Below are positions 19,790-30,586 of a stretch of DNA of 64,000 nucleotides, piece by piece. The translations under genes were made by a program, and so were the position numbers. The stretch is from Candidatus Latescibacterota bacterium. Lineage in GTDB: Bacteria > Krumholzibacteriota > Krumholzibacteriia > WVZY01. The first letter of the stretch is position 1, and each line of letters starts with the position of its first letter. The stretch covers positions 32,001-96,000 of the forward strand of contig CAWBQK010000003.1 of assembly GCA_963791045.1 (NCBI GenBank), read 5' to 3'. The notes beneath the pieces were generated by a model. That model did not search any database. It was not told the DNA's origin and worked only from the letters and a program-made list of their open reading frames with translations.

Positions 19790-22128
19790 TCAAGAATCCG
19801 CAATCGACGAACGAATCTCGCGGGCGGCCTCGACCATCGCGACCAGCGAGGGCCGGACCTCCTCCCAGCGCCGTGTCTTGAGCCCGCAGTCGGGATTGAC
19901 CCAGATCTGGTCGGGCGCGAGCACTTCGACGGCCTTTTCGAGCAGATCGAACCATTTCTTCGCGCGATGGGATACGCGGCGAATGGATATCGTAGACACC
20001 CGGGCCGATTTCGTTCGGGATACTGGAATTTCTGAAGGCCTCGAGAAGCTCCATCTGCGACCGCGACGCCTCGATAGAGATCACGTCGGCATCCATTCGC
20101 GCGATCGCCTCGATGATCTCGTTGAACTCCGAGTAGCACATGTGCGTGTGGATCTGCGTCTCGTCGCGGACACCCGATGAGGCCAGCCGGAACGCCTCGA
20201 CGGCCCAGCTCGAGATACGTCGTCCCATCGGTCGCCGGCGCAGCGGGAGTCCCTCGCGAATCGCCGGTTCGTCGATCTGGATGATCTGGATGCCGGCCGC
20301 TTCCAGATCGATTACCTCGTCGCGGATGGCGAGCGCGATCTGCCGGCATGTATCGCGAGCGGGGCTGATCGTCGCGAACGAACGACCACTGAAGAATCGT
20401 GACCGGCCCGGTGAGCATTCCTTTGACCGGTTGGTCGGTGAGCGACTGCGCGTACTGCGCCCAGTCGACGGTCATCGGGTCTGGGCGTTCGACGTCGCCA
20501 AAAATGATCGGCGGTTTGACACATCGCGATCCGTAGCTTTGAACCCAACCGTTCTCGGTGAACGCGAACCCGGACAGCTTTTCGCCGAAATATTCGACCA
20601 TGTCGTTGCGCTCGGACTCGCCATGAACGAGCACGTCGAGGCCTGACTTCTTCCTGGAAGCGGATGGTCTTTTCGATCTCTTCTTTGATAAAAGCCTCGT
20701 ACTTCGGCGTGTCCAGTTTGCCGCGTCCGATACGCCGCCCGCGCCTTGCCGGACCTCCGTGGTCTGCGGGAACGAACCGATCGTCGTCGTCGGAAACAGC
20801 GGCAGCCCGAGCGTTTCGCGCTGGACCTTTTGGCGTTCGGGGAAAGGCCGGTGCCGATAGAGCATATCGCTCGGACACGTCTTTGGCTCTTTTTTCGACG
20901 GTTCGGGGAGGTGAATGAGTGTCGACGATGGTCCTTCGTTCGTTGGAAAGCGGGTTGGTTCGAGCATATCCTTGACCGACGCAGCGCCATCATTCAAGGC
21001 CCGCGTCGAACGTTGTAATTTCGGCGAGTTTTTGTCTCGCAAACGCCATCCAGTCCATGATCTCGTCGTCGAGTTTTTCTCCAGTGCAAGATCGACGGGG
21101 AGTGGAGCAGAGAGCACGATGGGCCGACGATGACCCGTTCGGTGCCGATCGTGTCGATCGGCTTTCTCGAGAACTCCGAGCGTTTTCTCCAGATCGGCCT
21201 TCCAGATATTTCGGCCGTCGATTACCCAAGAGAAAGCGATCATGTCGCCGGGGACCGTTCAAGTATGGCGTCGAGCTGCTCCGGGAGCGCGGACGAGATC
21301 GATGTGGAGCCCGGCGACGGGGAGCTGCGAGTGTGGTCGAGATTGTCGGTAAGCGTCCCCGAAGTAAGTGGTCAATACAATCTTGAGGTCGGGCGCCGCG
21401 TGCGTCGAGGATCGTGAGTAGGCTGTCTTGAAAGCATCTTTGACGTCGGGATCGAGATCCAGGACGAGGCACGGTTCATCGATCTGAACCCAGGCCGCGC
21501 CGGCTTTGGAGAGGCGCTTCAAACGTCGTCGTATACAAAAAGAAGATCGTCGAGAAGGTCGAGAGGTTTGACATTGGGGGCCTTCGATTTGCCGAGAAGA
21601 AGAAACGATACGGGTCCGAGTAGGACGGGGCGTGTGTCGATTCCGAGCGATTTCGCCTCTTCGTACATGTCGATCGGACGAGTGGAAGCGAGCCTGAACT
21701 TTTGATCCTTCTCGAACTCGGGAACAATATAGTGATAGTTGGTGTCGAACCACTTGGTCATCGCCATCGCCGGCGCGCTCAACCCTTCGTCTTCACCGGC
21801 GCCGTCTGAATGTTTCTCCTGCACACCCCGCGCCATCGCAAAATATGTGGTCAGATCGACACGGTCGGTCGTCCCATGCGAAACGCTCGGGCACGGCGCC
21901 GACCATCGCGGCGGTGTCGAGGACGTGATCGTAAAGGGAGAACTCGTTCGACGGGATGTGGTCGATTCCGGCCTCTTTCTGGAGCCGCCAGTTGTCCTGC
22001 CGGATCGTTCGGCTCGCTTCATCGAGATCGGCTTCGCTGATCGCACCGGACCAGTATTTCTCGAGGGCCTTTTTGAGTTCACGTTTTGGGCCAATTCTCG
22101 GATAACCAAGTGTCGTAGCGAGTACCAT
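19790..22128 (-). CDS. metE: Cobalamin-independent methionine synthase, heavily frameshifted
   Basis: Fragments: [108 protein letters not shown]. Confidence 0.9.
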
Positions 22129-22302
22129 GCGTGTCCCTTTCTAAATGGTCTTCGGATAGGCTATTCTGGGACGGGTCGTGGCGCAGGATTCGAGTGAATC
22201 CGCAGCGATCGCTATCGCTCCGTTGCGCGCCGAGGACCTCCGAATCGGCGCCATCCCGTGGTCGATGCGCCGTCAATTCGGCGGCGTCGTAAGTGGCCCA
22301 AA

Positions 22303-22330
22303 ATATATACAATGGAGAATCGGCGGTCAA
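22303..22330 (-). promoter_or_regulatory. Putative sigma70 promoter of metE
   Basis: Minus strand TTGACC-N17-TATATT (coordinates approximate by 1-2 nt). Confidence 0.5.
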
Positions 22331-23160
22331 TGGGAGGTTTCGTAGCCGAGGGTGGCCATGCGGGAGCCGCAAATCCGCTCGATGGCGGCGAGATTGACCG
22401 GTCCGAAGAAATCATCCCAGCGGACGCCCTTGTCGCCGGCGGGCTGGAACTGGACGTCCACGCGGTGCGATACGTCGTGCATGGGTTCGAGGCCGAGTGT
22501 TCCTGCAAGAGCTTCGAGAGTCCCGATTTTGTCGCCCAGAAAGTTCTCGTATTTGACGAGGTGGATCGAATCGCTATTTTCGAGATACGAATCGGTCACG
22601 TAATTCCAGCGTTCGGCGAGCATTTCTATGTAATTGGCGCCCTCGAGGCCGAGCCAACGGCCGTCGATGATCAATTCCCACGCTCTTGTGATTTCACCGG
22701 AGTGGTCTTCGGTCAGCCGTTCGAGATTGCCTGGAATTTTGAGGCGGTTGAGAATGCTCCGGAAATTATCGCGAGGATCCCGGATCACCATGACAAACGT
22801 GGCCTGGGGAAAGTACTCGGCGAGTTCATCGTAAAACGCGGACAGGCTTGGCTCCTTAATGATCGGTCTCGAGAAGTCGAGTTTGTTCAGTGAGACGAAC
22901 TCGGCCATCGTGAGGCCGCCGGTTTTGACGCGATCGATTACCGGTTCTTTCATTTCCTTTTTCAGATCGAGCGTGGCGGGAACGCCGGTCATTTCGGAGA
23001 GCAGTGCGGCGATTGCCGTCGTGCCGGATTTCTGATTGCCCAGCATGACAATTGGGGCGGGATGCACGTGCGCTCTCATCGCGCGTACATGCGTCGCCAG
23101 TCGGTCGACAAAAAGACGCACCGAGCCGGGGAATGATTTCTTTTTAGTCGGCGATGTCAC
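22327..23160 (-). CDS. Sulfotransferase family protein
   Basis: 5'-PSB loop LGNQKSGTT, KEP, 3'-PB VIRDPRDNFRS, VKYENF. GTG start with a GGAGAG RBS overlapping the flippase end. Confidence 0.85.
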   Translation of the reverse strand: MTSPTKKKSFPGSVRLFVDRLATHVRAMRAHVHPAPIVMLGNQKSGTTAIAALLSEMTGVPATLDLKKEMKEPVIDRVKTGGLTMAEFVSLNKLDFSRPIIKEPSLSAFYDELAEYFPQATFVMVIRDPRDNFRSILNRLKIPGNLERLTEDHSGEITRAWELIIDGRWLGLEGANYIEMLAERWNYVTDSYLENSDSIHLVKYENFLGDKIGTLEALAGTLGLEPMHDVSHRVDVQFQPAGDKGVRWDDFFGPVNLAAIERICGSRMATLGYETSH

Positions 23161-24715
23161 TTGGCTCTCCCTGGGTTGCCGAACGCCCCTGTTTGAGTTC
23201 GCGGACGATCTCAGCGATGTCACGAACCGATTGGCGTCCGCGCGGCAGCGCTATCCAGATTATTATATAGAAAAGCGCGTAAAGAACAAAGTCGAGCATA
23301 AGCGACACACCCACGGGAGCCGTTATCGAGAAAACGAGCGATGCCAGGTAAAGACAGGCTCCTGCCGCGATCGACGCCGTGGCGGGTCTCCAGATCGCGA
23401 TGCCGAGGTCGGATACGCTGAGATGCGATCTGCGGAAGCAGTATACGATCGACGGGTACCTCAGAACGGTGAGCACGATACTGAAGGAGAGCGCCACACC
23501 GATCGGACCCCAGGGGAGAGCGATCACGTAAGCGAGAACCGTTGCCGCCGATGCAAAGAGTCCCCATGCAAGCTGGCGGCGTGTCGTTCCAAGCGACACG
23601 TATACCCACCCCGTCGCGACGTTAAACGCGCCGATGAATGCCGCCGGTCCCAGCGCGCGAAAGATCGGCACCGCGTCGAGCCACTGCGAACCGAGGATTG
23701 TCAGAATCGCTTTGTCCGCGACGACAAACAAAAATGCCACCACGGGCATTCCCGCGGTGACCGTGAGAAGGACGCCACGCCGGTAATATGAACGGTATCT
23801 CGCCGGGTCATTTTGAAGTCTGCTAAGGGCGGGAACGGCGACACTTGTTAGCGGTGAGTTAATTTGCTGTATCGGCAGCAAGAGAATCCGGTACGCATTG
23901 TTGTACAGACCCAGAGAGCTCGCTCCCGAGGACCAACCGATCAGCATCTTGTCGACGTTTCTCGCAAGATAGTTGACGATGTTAAAGCCGGTCAGGTGGG
24001 CTCCGAATGTGAGCATCGACCCCACGCCCGAGCCGCGGACGGGTCGACCGGGGCGCCATCCGCACGCCAGCCAGACGCCGGCCGTTGTTACGATTTCACG
24101 AATCACATGCAGGACGACGAGTGCCCAGTAACCCATTCCCGCGACGGCGCACGCAATGGCAATTATCGCCCCGATGAACATCGCCACGATCTCAATGACG
24201 GCGAGCGATGTGAATTTCATCTGACGGCGCAGAAGCGCCTGATGCTGGACCGTCAATCCGCTGAACAAAATTGTTCCCGCGAGGACAATGGTGATCGCGA
24301 CCACACGAGGTTCCTTGTAGAACCACGCGAGCAACGGGGAAATTGCCGCCGTAACTATCATTATCCCCGCGCTGATCAGCAGGTTTATCCAGAAGAGCGT
24401 GCTTACCTGGCCGTGCGAGATCTCGGCGCGCTGAACGGTCGCCATGGCTAGTCCCATGTCCTTGAAGATGGCGATAAAACCGATGATAACGATCACCATC
24501 GCGATAAGTCCGAAATCTTCGGGGGAAAGCAGCCTGGCGAGTACCGCCATCGAACCCAATGTGAGGAGAAACTTGAGCGCCTGGTTGGCAAGGGTAATTG
24601 CGCCGCCGCGAACCGAGCGGCCCCGGAGGTCGGCGTTGAGATGGTCAACGCGCAAGAACTGGTCGTGCCCGCGGCTCTGATTGTTTTCGGTTGGCGTTTG
24701 GGAATCCACGAACAC
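23144..24715 (-). CDS. Polysaccharide flippase (Wzx/WzxC-like lipopolysaccharide biosynthesis protein)
   Basis: LARLLSPEDFGL, DMGLAMATVQ, NVDKMLIG..LGLYNNAY, PALSRLQ; many TM segments. Confidence 0.9.
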   Translation of the reverse strand: MFVDSQTPTENNQSRGHDQFLRVDHLNADLRGRSVRGGAITLANQALKFLLTLGSMAVLARLLSPEDFGLIAMVIVIIGFIAIFKDMGLAMATVQRAEISHGQVSTLFWINLLISAGIMIVTAAISPLLAWFYKEPRVVAITIVLAGTILFSGLTVQHQALLRRQMKFTSLAVIEIVAMFIGAIIAIACAVAGMGYWALVVLHVIREIVTTAGVWLACGWRPGRPVRGSGVGSMLTFGAHLTGFNIVNYLARNVDKMLIGWSSGASSLGLYNNAYRILLLPIQQINSPLTSVAVPALSRLQNDPARYRSYYRRGVLLTVTAGMPVVAFLFVVADKAILTILGSQWLDAVPIFRALGPAAFIGAFNVATGWVYVSLGTTRRQLAWGLFASAATVLAYVIALPWGPIGVALSFSIVLTVLRYPSIVYCFRRSHLSVSDLGIAIWRPATASIAAGACLYLASLVFSITAPVGVSLMLDFVLYALFYIIIWIALPRGRQSVRDIAEIVRELKQGRSATQGEPSDIAD

Positions 24716-24822
24716 GTCTAAGAAAAGGTATACGTCTATTACATAGTGATTTATCTCAACTGTTCGAGACGATAGACGAATACGTGTTGAAGGTCAAGCG
24801 CACTTGACGGTAGCATGAAGCC

Positions 24823-25848
24823 ATGTTGAAAACCGGTATCGTACTCGATCCCCGTTATCAGGATCATGAAGTGACCCACGCCCATCCGGAATGCCCGGAG
24901 CGGATCGGGGCGCTTGTTGATATGATGCGCTTCTACCGTCGGGATGGTTTGGTGCGCATCGAACCCCGCCGGGCGACGATCGAACAACTCGCGTTGATTC
25001 ATGACCCGGCCTACATCGACCATGTCCGTGCCACGTCGGGGGAGCCCCATATTGCTTTCGATCCCGACACACATGCGTTTGCAATGACCTACGTTACCGC
25101 GCTGCTTGCCGCCGGCGGTTTCCTGGAACTGCTCGACAAGATCATGTGCCGCGACGTGGACAACGGGTTCGCGATGGTGCGCCCTCCCGGTCACCATGCC
25201 GAGGCCGAACGAGCGATGGGATTTTGTTTCTTTAATAACGTGGCGATCGGCGCGCGTTATCTTCAGAGGGAATATAATCTCGAACGGATACTGATAATGG
25301 ATTGGGACGTTCATCATGGCAACGGAACCGAACGGAGTTTTTACTCGGACAAGAGTGTTTTGTATGTGTCGGCACATCAGTCCCCACACTACCCGGGGAC
25401 GGGCGCAGTCGAGGATGTGGGGAAGGGCGATGGCAAAGGGTATACGGTCAACATTCCATTAAGGGGTGGATTTGGCGACGAAGAGTATATGGATTGTTTC
25501 CGCGAGATCGTCGAGCCGGTTTGCCGCAGTTTTGATCCTGATTTCGTTTTGATTTCGGCGGGGTTTGACTGTCACGTTCTTGATCCGCTCTCAAGTATGC
25601 GTGTGACCGCGGCGGGGTTTGCCGATATGGCCGACAGCCTTCTCGGGATAGCAAGTGAGTGCGCCGATGGCCGCTGTGCTGCCGTCCTGGAGGGTGGGTA
25701 CGACCTGACGGCTTTGAAGGAATCGGTGGCGGCTGTTCTCGATTCGTTCGCCGGCGGAGAACGGCGGGTGGATGCCGCAATCGAGAGCCAGGCCGCGGCG
25801 ACGGTTGACGCGATCAAGAGGGTGCAGAGTTTGTACTGGTCGTTGTGA
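24823..25848 (+). CDS. Histone deacetylase family protein (Zn-dependent deacetylase)
   Basis: HPECPERI, RPPGHHA, GFCFFNN, DWDVHHGNGT, SAGFD, LEGGY. Confidence 0.95.
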   Translation: MLKTGIVLDPRYQDHEVTHAHPECPERIGALVDMMRFYRRDGLVRIEPRRATIEQLALIHDPAYIDHVRATSGEPHIAFDPDTHAFAMTYVTALLAAGGFLELLDKIMCRDVDNGFAMVRPPGHHAEAERAMGFCFFNNVAIGARYLQREYNLERILIMDWDVHHGNGTERSFYSDKSVLYVSAHQSPHYPGTGAVEDVGKGDGKGYTVNIPLRGGFGDEEYMDCFREIVEPVCRSFDPDFVLISAGFDCHVLDPLSSMRVTAAGFADMADSLLGIASECADGRCAAVLEGGYDLTALKESVAAVLDSFAGGERRVDAAIESQAAATVDAIKRVQSLYWSL

Positions 25849-25854
25849 CGCGGG

Positions 25855-28260
25855 TCAGCGTATCCGAGACGTATCCGGTTTTGCCTGCTTGTTTGAAGGG
25901 AAGAGGTCTTTTAAGTATTTGTTTTTGAGTTTGTCGAGACCGTCGCCTACCAGCGCTTTGCCGACCAGGTCTTTTATATAGTCCGAATCAGGTCTGACGC
26001 TTATTCCCGATATATTTCCGCCCAGCAGAACCGGAACCTCCACCTCTCCGCGCTCATTCGTCAAATACGAGATCGCCTTGTAGTTCCGTATCAGATCGTC
26101 CGTGAGCCGCTTGGAAATGGTGAACGTCGCCGTCATATCGAGGCTTCGGTCAAAACCAATCGCTCCCTTGCCTTTGATTTTGTAATCCTCATGTTTGAGG
26201 ACGAGGTTTCTGGCGAGAATCCGCCCGTTGTCGACCACGAAATCACTATTCAGATTTTCGATGAGCGTGTTCTTCTCCGCGAACACCTTTGGGTATTTTT
26301 GTTTGACGGCGTTTGGCACGAGATTGCTCATGCCCGTGTATGAACTTATTTCGTCGAGAATCGAATTCGCGATATTGATGTCGATGAGTTCGCCCTCGAA
26401 GATTTCCGCCAGACCGTCTCCGCTCAATGTCTTCTGAGTGTCCTCCCATTCTTTCCCCTTGCCCGAGATGTTCAGGTTGAGGTTGGCCTTGCCGCGGAGG
26501 CTTTGGCGAACCGAACCGGGGAGCGCCGTCATCAACTGGATCACGTCAACGTCCGTCGCTTTCAAGCGCAGGTCGAACGAATTGGTATCGTCGCCCGCTT
26601 CGATGAGACCGCTTCCAGTCAGGGTACCGTCCAGCGCGCGCAGCCGCACGTTGTCGATCCGCGTCTTTTTGCCGATCATTGTGTATGTCGCGTCGAGTTC
26701 GCGATAGTCGATGTCGGAGATGGTGCCGTCGGCAGACTTGAGGACTCCATTGCCGGCGGGTGTTTCGCCCATGATCATTCGACCGCTCGCCCTCACGTTT
26801 CTGAGTACTTCGGGCTTTTTTAAGTTGGGTTGTGGCGGGCGGATGTCGGCAAGGGCCGCCTGGGATGAAGTCGCCTGATACTCTACTGTCGGCGGGTCAA
26901 ACCCATTGACCGTTCCTTTGCCCTCGACGGTCGTCTCACCAAGACGGAACGACATCTGTTTGATTTCGGCTTTGTCTTTGGCAAATGCAATTTCCGTTCT
27001 TATTTCGGTCAGTGGCTTCATCAGTTGGGGAAGAGTCGCCGCCGCGTCGGTTAGTTTGACGGTGCCGGTTATGTCGGGTTGGATCCCCTCGCCGAGGATG
27101 CCTTTGATTCGGGCGGTGAGGGCGGCATTGCCCGACAGTTTATAGGAAGCGACCATCGGGACGATTGTTTCCCAACCGGCAAGAGCGATGTCCCGCGCGT
27201 CGACGGTCACATCGATCGAAGGTGTCTTGCCGAGTGTGTACAATCCTTTTGCGGACGCCGCGAGCTCGCCAAAAATTATGGACGCGTTATCGATTTTCAG
27301 GGTTTCTCCAGCGAATTGCGTGTCGGCATCTATTGCCAGCGGAACACCGGCAGGTTTATTAAAACCTTGCGGTCCGGAAACCTGAAGATCGGCGCCGTTC
27401 AAACCGATTTGAATTGTCATCTCGGCGGGCGTTCCTTTGACGGCCGTTCGAAGAGCCAAGGGTCCCTCTATCTTGACGTCGGGCGGGATCGACTTCGCCA
27501 TTTGCTTGAAGGCGCCCAGTGTTGTTGTAACGTCTATCGGATTGAGTTCAATTTCGAGTTCGAACGGCGTCGACATTGGATCTCCGCCATCGACAGGCAC
27601 CGGGCCGAAGGATCCCTTTATTGCCGTGTTTTTCTCATCGCTCAGAAACGCCGCCTCGAGATTGAGGTCGATGGGCTTTTCGAGATCGAGATCCTTGACT
27701 GATGTTTTTATTTTTTGGACGCGGAGATCCAGCTCTTGCGCGTGATCGACATAGTGAATCTCGCCGTTCTCGATGCTCGCAATGCCGACGACGAGAGGAA
27801 TAGCCGCGGCCGCTTGCCCCGTCCCCGATCCCGATACAGACGCTTGAGAGGCCTGGTTGGATTCGCCGGCTCCGCTGAAAGAGTTGAAGTTGAACACGCC
27901 TTGCTTGTTGCGGATGATCTGGATGACGGGGTCACGGAGAACGATGCGTTTAATTTGGAAATCTTTTTTGAGGAGCGGGAGGAGTTTGGCGTTCACCTGG
28001 AGATACGCCGCCGTGACGAATGGTTCCGACGAAAAGTCCGGGTCGTCCGCCACGACAAAGTTCTCGAGACGCACACCGAGTCCGCCCCGTAGTGTAACAC
28101 CGATATCGCCGATCGAAACCTTGCGGCCAAGAGCCGTTTCTGCCCGCGTTAAGATGAAATCTTTGTTCTTGTTGACGATGCCCTCGAGGTTCATAACGAG
28201 GAGCGCGATCGCGCCGACGATGACGACGAGGATTATAGCGACGACGAGGAACTTTTTCAT
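25855..28260 (-). CDS. AsmA family protein
   Basis: N-terminal TM anchor, AE.ALGRKVSI, LLPLL, repeated beta-taco pattern, G.G.IGFD near the C-terminus. Confidence 0.85.
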   Translation of the reverse strand: MKKFLVVAIILVVIVGAIALLVMNLEGIVNKNKDFILTRAETALGRKVSIGDIGVTLRGGLGVRLENFVVADDPDFSSEPFVTAAYLQVNAKLLPLLKKDFQIKRIVLRDPVIQIIRNKQGVFNFNSFSGAGESNQASQASVSGSGTGQAAAAIPLVVGIASIENGEIHYVDHAQELDLRVQKIKTSVKDLDLEKPIDLNLEAAFLSDEKNTAIKGSFGPVPVDGGDPMSTPFELEIELNPIDVTTTLGAFKQMAKSIPPDVKIEGPLALRTAVKGTPAEMTIQIGLNGADLQVSGPQGFNKPAGVPLAIDADTQFAGETLKIDNASIIFGELAASAKGLYTLGKTPSIDVTVDARDIALAGWETIVPMVASYKLSGNAALTARIKGILGEGIQPDITGTVKLTDAAATLPQLMKPLTEIRTEIAFAKDKAEIKQMSFRLGETTVEGKGTVNGFDPPTVEYQATSSQAALADIRPPQPNLKKPEVLRNVRASGRMIMGETPAGNGVLKSADGTISDIDYRELDATYTMIGKKTRIDNVRLRALDGTLTGSGLIEAGDDTNSFDLRLKATDVDVIQLMTALPGSVRQSLRGKANLNLNISGKGKEWEDTQKTLSGDGLAEIFEGELIDINIANSILDEISSYTGMSNLVPNAVKQKYPKVFAEKNTLIENLNSDFVVDNGRILARNLVLKHEDYKIKGKGAIGFDRSLDMTATFTISKRLTDDLIRNYKAISYLTNERGEVEVPVLLGGNISGISVRPDSDYIKDLVGKALVGDGLDKLKNKYLKDLFPSNKQAKPDTSRIR

Positions 28261-28462
28261 GAAAGACGGATCTCCTTGTTTGATGCGCTTTGCTTTTGGC
28301 CCAGCGCGGCTGTGTCCGAGGCAACACCTGCGATCTGCCTTGGGCTCGCACTACGCTGCGCTAGGGTCCTGTCATCGGATACCCCCGTAGGATAGATAAG
28401 CTACGGGTGGTGTCAAGCAAAGAGAGAGCCAGAGCGGGGGAGTAAGGCCGAATTGGCGGATG

Positions 28463-29176
28463 CTAATCGTGGATGTTGGCGATTCTGACGAGTTTTGGGA
28501 TGTCCAGGAGGTGGATCTTCTTTTTCTCAGTGGTAATCAGGTTCTCTTTCTTGAACTCGGCGATCGTGCGGACGAGCGTCTCGATGGCGGTTCCGACCAT
28601 TCCCGCGAGTTCTTCCCGGGAAAGCCTGATGTTGAGGGTCGAGCTGTCCCCATCCTCCGTGCCGTAAGTTTCCTTCAAGACAATGAGTGCCTCGGCGAGA
28701 CGTTCGCGGACGGGTCGTTGCGCGAGGTGGACGATCTGCTCTTCGGCTCGCCGGAGTTCCCCGGTCAGAAGATCGATGATCCGCATGGAAAATTCGCCGT
28801 CGGCCCGAAGCAGTTTGAAAAACGTCTCCTGGGGGATGCAGCACACCACGGACTCTTCGAGCGCTGCGGCCGAAACGGTTGAAGGGCCCCCGGTCAGTAG
28901 TGAGCGGTAGCCGACGACGTCGCCGTTCTTCGCGAGACGCATGATCTTCTCGCGGCCTTCGTCACCGGTTTTGTAAACTTTGACTTTTCCCTTGTGGATG
29001 CAAAATAGGCCGGTCGGTGGAATCCCTTCGGAGAGAATGACCTGGCCCTTTTTGTAAATGTAGCACGCCTTTGTTGCGTCAAGCGCTTCGAGCGAGTAGC
29101 CGTCAAGGTCCGAAAGGATGGACTTGATGCGGAACTCGCACTCTGTACAATACGGTTTGTGGTACTGCTGGGTCAT
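28463..29176 (-). CDS. Crp/Fnr family transcriptional regulator with N-terminal CxxC
   Basis: CTEC, cNMP-binding barrel (GKVKVYK..GRE), VRERLA, HTH LSREELAGMVGTAIETLVR. Confidence 0.92.
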   Translation of the reverse strand: MTQQYHKPYCTECEFRIKSILSDLDGYSLEALDATKACYIYKKGQVILSEGIPPTGLFCIHKGKVKVYKTGDEGREKIMRLAKNGDVVGYRSLLTGGPSTVSAAALEESVVCCIPQETFFKLLRADGEFSMRIIDLLTGELRRAEEQIVHLAQRPVRERLAEALIVLKETYGTEDGDSSTLNIRLSREELAGMVGTAIETLVRTIAEFKKENLITTEKKKIHLLDIPKLVRIANIHD

Positions 29177-29418
29177 TTTTTATTTTTATCTTGCTTTTGA
29201 GTGAAGATGGGCGCCGGGTCGGACCGTGAGCCTGATCTCGGTAGCGACCGTCGGCTCCGTCCGCTCGACGGACGCGGCGCGAAGCACCTGCACAGTTGTC
29301 AATTATACAACATTTTGGTTCTTTTTATAAGTTTTTCCCTGACGGGGGATAATATAGCCTCGGAGGCCGGACTGTCAACGTTCACACAAGACCCGGTCGG
29401 AAATGTCCGGTGGCAAGA

Positions 29419-30378
29419 CTACATATACTCGTCCGCGTCGGACGCGGCCCCCTCCGGGGCCCCTCGCCAGAAATCCAGAATCCTCGCGCCGAGAAGGATT
29501 AATATCGCGAGGAGGTACATCCACGTCAGAAAAACCGCCGCACCGCCGAGTGCGCCGTATATCGCCTGGCGCCGCGAGAGTCCCGCCGTGATCAACGTGC
29601 CCAGCTGCTGAAGAACGGACCAGGAGCCGGTCACGGCAAGTGAGATTACGACCGCGTGAAAGAGCTTCGGTGGTTTGACGGGGAGTGTCATGTAGAGCAC
29701 CAGGAGAAATATCGCGAACACCCACACGGAAAAATACTTCCCCGTAATTTCGATAAGCGCCGGGTTCTTTTGAAAAATAGGAAGAGTCGCAAAGAGTTTG
29801 ATCGAATAACCCGCAACGGCGGACACGGAGAAGAAGAGAATGGCCCCGACAATGTAAGCGAACGAGATAATCCGCCCCGTGAAGAAGCCGACCTTTTTCT
29901 TGGTGCCCATGACGGCGTTTATGCTTTCATCGAGCGCGTCAAAAAGTCCCATGGCCACAAGAACGAGCGAGAAGAGGCCGAGCAGTCCAAGCGCCTGCCA
30001 GTTCGACGCCGCGGTGTAAATTTGTTCGAGAAGTTTTTCGCCGGACCCCGGAGGAAGTATTTCGAGGACGTATGCGTGGATCTCGTTGGATATCCCCGGG
30101 TTGGTTCGAAGAAAGTACCCGCTGGTCGACGCTATGAGAAAGAGGAACGGGATCAATCCCAACAAGAAATAAAACGCGAGTCCCGCCGCCATCATCGGGA
30201 CGCGGCGTTCGAAAAAGCCGTCCCACGCACGTTGGATCGCGCGCAACAAGCCCATGACAATGTCCTTTGCCGAGCGCGCGGCTTTTGTCGCTTCTTTCCC
30301 GACCTCTCTCGGGCCGAGAGGCGGTTTGTTTTGGAACTGTAGCTTCACGCGGTATCCCCGGCTTCCGAGTCGTTGCAA
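29419..30378 (-). CDS. YihY/BrkB family membrane protein (true start probably downstream)
   Basis: AAGLAFYFLLGLIP, YGALGGAAVFLTWMYL..LILLGA. Confidence 0.85.
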   Translation of the reverse strand: MQRLGSRGYRVKLQFQNKPPLGPREVGKEATKAARSAKDIVMGLLRAIQRAWDGFFERRVPMMAAGLAFYFLLGLIPFLFLIASTSGYFLRTNPGISNEIHAYVLEILPPGSGEKLLEQIYTAASNWQALGLLGLFSLVLVAMGLFDALDESINAVMGTKKKVGFFTGRIISFAYIVGAILFFSVSAVAGYSIKLFATLPIFQKNPALIEITGKYFSVWVFAIFLLVLYMTLPVKPPKLFHAVVISLAVTGSWSVLQQLGTLITAGLSRRQAIYGALGGAAVFLTWMYLLAILILLGARILDFWRGAPEGAASDADEYM

Positions 30379-30586
30379 AATGGTCTCGGCCCACTGAGAT
30401 CAAACCGCGGGCCGTGATTGTTCGGACGGGACAACCATAAAGGTATCCGGTTGTTCCGTCAACACCCCCGTTTTCCGACCACGGATGTTAACAAGTCGAT
30501 TTGGGCTTTCATCGATCTCTGCTTTTATATATTCTTTCGATTGATCAACACACGCCTTCTCCGGCCATTTGGAAGGGACGGTGGCT

